A stretch of 64,000 nucleotides of DNA, from positions 1,696,001-1,760,000 of the forward strand of contig OY969695.1 in NCBI GenBank assembly GCA_963701965.1. The letters are read 5' to 3'. Below are positions 59,073-64,000 of this stretch, in pieces. Source of the DNA: an uncultured Gemmatimonadales bacterium (GTDB lineage Bacteria; Gemmatimonadota; Gemmatimonadetes; Gemmatimonadales; Gemmatimonadaceae). The number at the start of each line of letters is the position of its first letter. Position 1 is the first letter of the stretch. The position numbers were made by a program, and so were the translations under genes. The notes below the pieces were generated by a model that saw nothing but the letters and a program-made list of their open reading frames with translations, ran no database searches and had not been told where the DNA came from.

Positions 59073-59779
59073 GTCACCTCGCCCCCGGCCACCGGGATCG
59101 CCTGCCCGGTGATCGCTTCGCTGCCCGGGGCGCACAGCCAGGCCACGGCGTTCGCCACTTCCTCGGGCTGCACGAACCGGCGCTGCGGGTTGCGCGCGAC
59201 CAGCTCGGCCGCGGCCTGCTCCGCCGTGCGCCCGGTCCGGGCGACGATCGTCGCCACGGCGTCCCGCATCATGTCTGTTTCCGTGTATCCGGGACACACG
59301 GCATTGACGGTGATGCCCGACGTGGCCACCTCCAACGCCAACGCCCGGGTCATCCCGATGACGGCGTGCTTCGCGGCACAATACGCCGACACATACCGGT
59401 ACCCGACCAGGCCCGCGGTACTGGCAATCGTCACGATCCGCCCCCAGCGCGCCGCCAGCATACCGGGCAACGCCGCCTGCGTGCAGTAGAACGCGCCGTC
59501 GAGATTCACGGCCATCGTCTCGCGCCACAGCGCGCGATCGGTGGTCGCGAAGGACGCCGAGCGGGTGCCGCCGGCATTGTTCACCAAGATGTCGACGGGG
59601 CCGATGGCTTCGAACATCCGCGCGACGGCGTCCGGGTCCGTGACATCGGCCTGGACAAATGCCTTGGCGCGGATCGGAGTCCGTCCGGCGACCGTGACAT
59701 CGACGCCAAGCGCGCGCAGCGCGCTGGCGACGGCCGCGCCAATGCCGCGGGTGCCCCCTGTTACCAGAGCACGTCTCAT
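59069..59779 (-). CDS. SDR oxidoreductase (3-hydroxyacyl-CoA dehydrogenase-like)
   Basis: [38 protein letters not shown]. Confidence 0.9.
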   Translation of the reverse strand: MRRALVTGGTRGIGAAVASALRALGVDVTVAGRTPIRAKAFVQADVTDPDAVARMFEAIGPVDILVNNAGGTRSASFATTDRALWRETMAVNLDGAFYCTQAALPGMLAARWGRIVTIASTAGLVGYRYVSAYCAAKHAVIGMTRALALEVATSGITVNAVCPGYTETDMMRDAVATIVARTGRTAEQAAAELVARNPQRRFVQPEEVANAVAWLCAPGSEAITGQAIPVAGGEVT

Positions 59780-62064
59780 GGTTGGAGAGCCAGCTGCGCG
59801 GCGCGGGCCATGTTGCGCTCCAGCTGCTCCTTCCCATTGAGATAGGGATCGGGCCACCAGACATTGGCGTAGGCCTGTTTCGCGGCCTCGTGCAACGTCC
59901 ACGCCGGATCGGCCAGGTGGGGGCGGGCCACCGCGCACAGATCGGCGCGTCCCGCGGCGATGATCGTGTTCACGTGATCGCCGTCGAAGATATTGCCGAC
60001 CGCAATGGTCGCGATGCCGGCTTCGTTGCGGATCCGGTCGGCGAGTGGCACCTGGAACATGCGGCCGTAGACCGGTCGCTCGGCCTTGCTCACCTGCCCC
60101 GACGAACAGTCGATCACATCGGCGCCCGCCGCCTTGAACAATCGCGCGATCTCCACCGCGTCCTCGGGCGTGACGCCGCCGGATACCCAATCATGGGCCG
60201 AGATGCGGACACTCATGGGCTTGTCGTGCGGCCAGACATCGCGCATGGCGCCAAACACCGCCAGCGGATACCGGCACCGGTCGCGCAGTGACCCGCCGTA
60301 TTCGTCCGTCCGCTGGTTGGTCAACGGCGAGATGAAGCTGGACAACAGATAGCCGTGCGCGCAGTGCAGCTCCAGCCAGTCGAATCCCGCGGCCGCCCCG
60401 CGCCGCGTCGCGGCCACAAACTCCCCGAGGATGCGGTCCAAGTCCTCCCGCGTGGCTTCGCGCGGCACGGCGGAGACGCCGGCAATGTAGGGCAATGGAG
60501 ACGCTGATACGAGGGGCCAGTTGCCGTCCTCGAGCGGCTGATCGATCCCCTCCCAACCGCGGCGGGTCGATCCTTTGCGACCGGAGTGACCGAGCTGCAA
60601 CGCGATCGCGGCGTCGGTCTCCCGATGCACGAAGTCGACGATCCGGGTCCAGGCGTCCTGTTGTGGTGCGTTCCAGAGTCCGAGGCACCCGGGCGTGATG
60701 CGTCCCTCGGGTGACACACAGGTCATCTCGGTAAACACCATTGCGGCCCCACCCATGGCCCGCGCGCCAAAATGGACGAGATGAAAATCGTTCGGCATCC
60801 CGTCCGTGGCCCGATAGGTCGCCATGGGAGAGACCAACACGCGGTTCTTGAGCGCTACGCCGCGGAGCCGGTACGGCGTGAACATCGGCGGACGGACGTC
60901 GCTCACGCCACTGCGCTCGGCAAACCACCGCTCAATGCCGGCCACGTACCCCGCATCCCGGACTTTGAGATTCTGATGCCCAATGCGCTGGCTGCCAGTG
61001 AGCAAACTGTACGTGAATTGCTCGGGGTCGAGATGCACGTACCGCTCGACCTGCTCGAACCATTCCATGCGGTTGCGGGCGGCAGCCTGGAGCTTGAGCG
61101 CTTCGACTTCGCGTTCGGCTTGATAGCGCCCGAGCGCCGCCGACACATCGCCCTCGTGACACGACAGAACGCGGGCCAGCGCGATCGCGTCCTCCATGGC
61201 CAGCTTGGTCCCGGACCCGATGCTGAAATGCGCCGTGTGCGCGGCGTCGCCGATCAGCACGATATTCCCGTGGTACCACTTCTCGCACAGCACGCGATTG
61301 AACGCCAGCCAAGCGGTGGACCCCCGCCGATGCCGGGCGTTGGAGATGAGGGCGTGGCCGTCGAGGCGATCGGCGAACAGCTGCTCGCAGAACGCGACGG
61401 ACGATTCGGTGTCCATCGTATCGAGACCGGCGGCCTTCCAATTCTGCTCCGGCGTCTCGACAATGAATGTCGACCAATCCTCGGCGAACCGATAGGCGTG
61501 GAGATTGAACCAGCCCCACGGCGTCTCGCGAAAATCGAACGTGAAGGCGTCGAGCTTCTGTCGGCTTCCCAGCCAGATGAACCGATTCTGTCGGACCTGG
61601 ATGTTGGGGCGAAACACATCCTCGTACGTCTTCCGCGTGATCAATGCCACGCCGTCGGACGCGATCACCAGGTCGTATTCCGACGCATACCGGGCCGTGT
61701 CGACGACCTCGGTCTCGAATTTCAGACGGACGCCGAGATCGGCGGCGCGCTGCTGCATGATCTGCAGCAACGTGAGGCGGGCGATGCCGCAGAAGCCGTG
61801 GCCGCCGGAGGTGACGGTGCGCCCCCGAAAATGGACATCAATGTCATCCCAATGCCGGAACGCGCGGGTGATCGCCTCGTGCGTCTCGGGGTCGGCGACG
61901 CGGAAACCATCCATCGTCTGGTCGGAGAACACGACACCCCAACCGAACGTGTCGTCGGGTCGATTCCGCTCGACCACGGTCACGTCCCACGAGGGGTTGG
62001 CTTTCTTCGCCAGGATCGAGAAGTACAATCCGGCCGGACCGCCGCCCAGACACACGATTTTCAT
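59776..62064 (-). CDS. abmA: Bifunctional 2-aminobenzoyl-CoA (salicylyl-CoA) monooxygenase/reductase
   Basis: N-terminal FAD monooxygenase ([34 protein letters not shown]) fused to an old-yellow-enzyme domain ([28 protein letters not shown]). Confidence 0.88.
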   Translation of the reverse strand: MKIVCLGGGPAGLYFSILAKKANPSWDVTVVERNRPDDTFGWGVVFSDQTMDGFRVADPETHEAITRAFRHWDDIDVHFRGRTVTSGGHGFCGIARLTLLQIMQQRAADLGVRLKFETEVVDTARYASEYDLVIASDGVALITRKTYEDVFRPNIQVRQNRFIWLGSRQKLDAFTFDFRETPWGWFNLHAYRFAEDWSTFIVETPEQNWKAAGLDTMDTESSVAFCEQLFADRLDGHALISNARHRRGSTAWLAFNRVLCEKWYHGNIVLIGDAAHTAHFSIGSGTKLAMEDAIALARVLSCHEGDVSAALGRYQAEREVEALKLQAAARNRMEWFEQVERYVHLDPEQFTYSLLTGSQRIGHQNLKVRDAGYVAGIERWFAERSGVSDVRPPMFTPYRLRGVALKNRVLVSPMATYRATDGMPNDFHLVHFGARAMGGAAMVFTEMTCVSPEGRITPGCLGLWNAPQQDAWTRIVDFVHRETDAAIALQLGHSGRKGSTRRGWEGIDQPLEDGNWPLVSASPLPYIAGVSAVPREATREDLDRILGEFVAATRRGAAAGFDWLELHCAHGYLLSSFISPLTNQRTDEYGGSLRDRCRYPLAVFGAMRDVWPHDKPMSVRISAHDWVSGGVTPEDAVEIARLFKAAGADVIDCSSGQVSKAERPVYGRMFQVPLADRIRNEAGIATIAVGNIFDGDHVNTIIAAGRADLCAVARPHLADPAWTLHEAAKQAYANVWWPDPYLNGKEQLERNMARAAQLALQP

Positions 62065-63549
62065 GCCAGCACCTTGAGGACGGCTTCGCCAAGCTTGGCG
62101 CCCGTGTCGTCGGCCAACGCCGCCTCGCGCAGCGTCCGCACGCGACCGGCCGCGTCGCTCTTCCCTTGGAGCTGCCCGATCGCGCCGATCACGGTGTCGA
62201 AGTTCCGGGTACCGCGGCAATGGGTGTCCCCATAGCCTTTGACCACACGCGCGCACTCCGCGACCTCGACGGCCAACGCATAGTCCACTGGTGCCAACGA
62301 CGCGATCCGCGCCAACCACGCGGCAATGCGCTCCCGCTCCCGTTGAAACCGCAGGGACGCGCGCCGCCATGGCCGCAAGCTCGCCACGACATAGAGTTGC
62401 ACATATCCGCTGAGGGATGTGGTCTCGAGGACCGTCCCTTTGCGCGTGATCCGTCCGATCGCCTTCGTGGCCCAGCGGCTGTTGTGCAACCACCGTCCGA
62501 GTCCGGTCGGCATGACGTCCGCCAGCTCGTCGATGCCGGGATGCAGGAACTCGTTGATGCGCACCACCTGGTGCGCTCCCGCCCTGGCCTCCTGCTGGAC
62601 CCGGTCGAACCGCGTCCGCCGAATCTTGAGATCGGCCACCCGGATCGCGTCCTCGTAGGTCATCCACAGCGCCAGATATCGCGCGGTCTCCCGGAGCAGG
62701 GCGAACTCCCCGCGGCCGTACCGCGCATCCGCCTCGCGCACCGGATCCAGCCGATCCAAATACTCGGCCGCGTACCGCTCGTCCTGATAGTCGGCGAGAC
62801 GCGGCACCGCGGTCAGGAGGATCTCGTGACTCGCCGCCGGAAAGGTCCGTTCGACTCTCCCGACCAGTTCCCGTATCCTGGGCCCGGCCTTGGCCTGCGC
62901 TGGCGAGGGACCGGCCGCCGCATCGGGCCGCGACGCCGAGTCGAATCCCGCCGCGAACGCCGCGCGGCTCGACTTGACCCCGACACCGCCGCGCTCAATG
63001 GCCTCCTCGTACTGCTGGCGCGTGAACGGCAGCGCGCTGCGTTGCCGCCAGGGCGCCCAGGAGCACAGCGCTGATGACGCTGCCGGCCCGCTCCGCCACC
63101 CGCGCGAAATCCCGGGCCACCAACACGCGCGCCGCTCCTTGGGCCGCCGCCAGCAGGGCCGCCGCGTCGACCCGCCCGTCGCCGCTATCCGTGCGCTCGG
63201 TCATCGAATACACGCGATGCGTGGACGCGATGAGCGTCGTGCGATCGGGCGTGACGAGCCCCCGCTGCACGGCGCGTCCGGCCTCCATCAACTCCGATGC
63301 GATGACGACGTCGAGCTCGCCGGGCACGGGCATGAGCGCCAACACCGGCTCTTTGCCCGCCGCTCTCGCCTCGGCCTCCGGGAAAATCTCCAGATAATAG
63401 ATGGTGGTGCCGGTGCGCTGCGCCACGCCCGGCACGGACGTGGTCTGGGCATAGTAGCCCGCGTGTTCGGCGACATCGACGATCCAGTCGGCGAGTACGC
63501 CGCCGCCTTCCCCGCCCATCGCCAGAATGGCGACCGTCGTGGCTCTCAC
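62061..63549 (-). CDS. iorB: Indolepyruvate:ferredoxin oxidoreductase beta-subunit family; indel at ~63035
   Basis: AMGGEGGGVL, TSVPGVAQRTG, ASELMEAGR; C-terminal DYQD, LALWMTYED, KGYGDT. Confidence 0.85.
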
Positions 63550-63552
63550 GCG

Positions 63553-64000
63553 CTACGAGCCGGCGTAGATGCCGGCCAGCCGTCGTTCGATGCGGCCCTG
63601 CAGCACACCAATGATCGCCCGGCGAACGCGCGCGACGAAACGCTCCCATCGGCCCGGGTTCGACACAATGTCGGCGCGATAGAACGAGGGGCACAGGACA
63701 GCCGCGTGCGCGACTTCGCCGCAGAGACCGCAGCCGACACAACTGTCGAGCACCGTGGCCACCGGGTCGGGCCGCAAGGGATCGGGGCTGGGGGCGATGG
63801 TGAGCGACGGACACCCCGACAACCGGATGCACGAGTGGTCGCCCGTACAGGTGTCGCCATCGACCCCGAACTTCTCGCGCACGACCCGCTTGCCCTCGTC
63901 CGCCATCTTCAACATCATCGGCCGCACGCGCCGCTGCTTGTTGAGCGTGCACTCGCTCTGGGCGATGATGACCTTGGGCCCTTTTTCCTTGGTGGTCAGG
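63553..64000 (-). CDS. iorA: Indolepyruvate:ferredoxin oxidoreductase alpha subunit, C-terminal part (runs off right edge)
   Basis: GPKVIIAQSEC and ferredoxin-like CTGDHSCIRLSGCP and CVGCGLCGEVAHAAVLCP. Confidence 0.85.
   Translation of the reverse strand, partial: LTTKEKGPKVIIAQSECTLNKQRRVRPMMLKMADEGKRVVREKFGVDGDTCTGDHSCIRLSGCPSLTIAPSPDPLRPDPVATVLDSCVGCGLCGEVAHAAVLCPSFYRADIVSNPGRWERFVARVRRAIIGVLQGRIERRLAGIYAGS

Noticed and set aside
1..64000. CRISPR arrays, tRNA/rRNA, transposases, integrases, prophage or known defence genes
   Set aside because: No spaced direct repeats, cloverleaf/T-loop motifs or such protein motifs were seen; intergenic gaps are mostly too short.

Overview
High-GC bacterial window, gene-dense, with no rRNA, tRNA, CRISPR array or mobile element that I can see. 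The gene content (high-GC SusC/SusD pair with ECF sigma and FecR, tricorn and S9 peptidases, REC-like/AraC and TPR proteins) suggests Gemmatimonadota; this is inference only. Main blocks from left to right: housekeeping and hydrolase genes (1-9.9 kb); a REC-like/AraC regulator, a 41-aa Cys-loop lipopeptide gene and a TPR protein (10-12.4 kb); a HlyD/ABC/TetR efflux operon; a stand-alone pqqA missed by the ORF track, with a sigma54 promoter, enhancer-like palindromes and a terminator, downstream of an NtrBC-type two-component system; a MocR regulator, DedA, an N-terminal-half-only MetE, tricorn protease and an internally deleted Na+/H+ antiporter; an ECF-sigma/FecR/SusC/SusD operon carrying two His-rich propeller proteins and a multicopper oxidase instead of CAZymes (34-45.5 kb); a peptide/amino-acid catabolic operon; and an iorAB + 2-aminobenzoyl-CoA (abm-type) cluster that runs off the right edge. 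About ten indels break otherwise intact genes. At least four fall on CAGATG, which suggests long-read errors at a methylated motif. The best candidates for undescribed systems are the lipopeptide-TPR-AraC trio (possible peptide signalling) and the CAZyme-free SusCD/propeller/multicopper-oxidase locus. All family assignments come from motif recognition by eye; no database searches were run.
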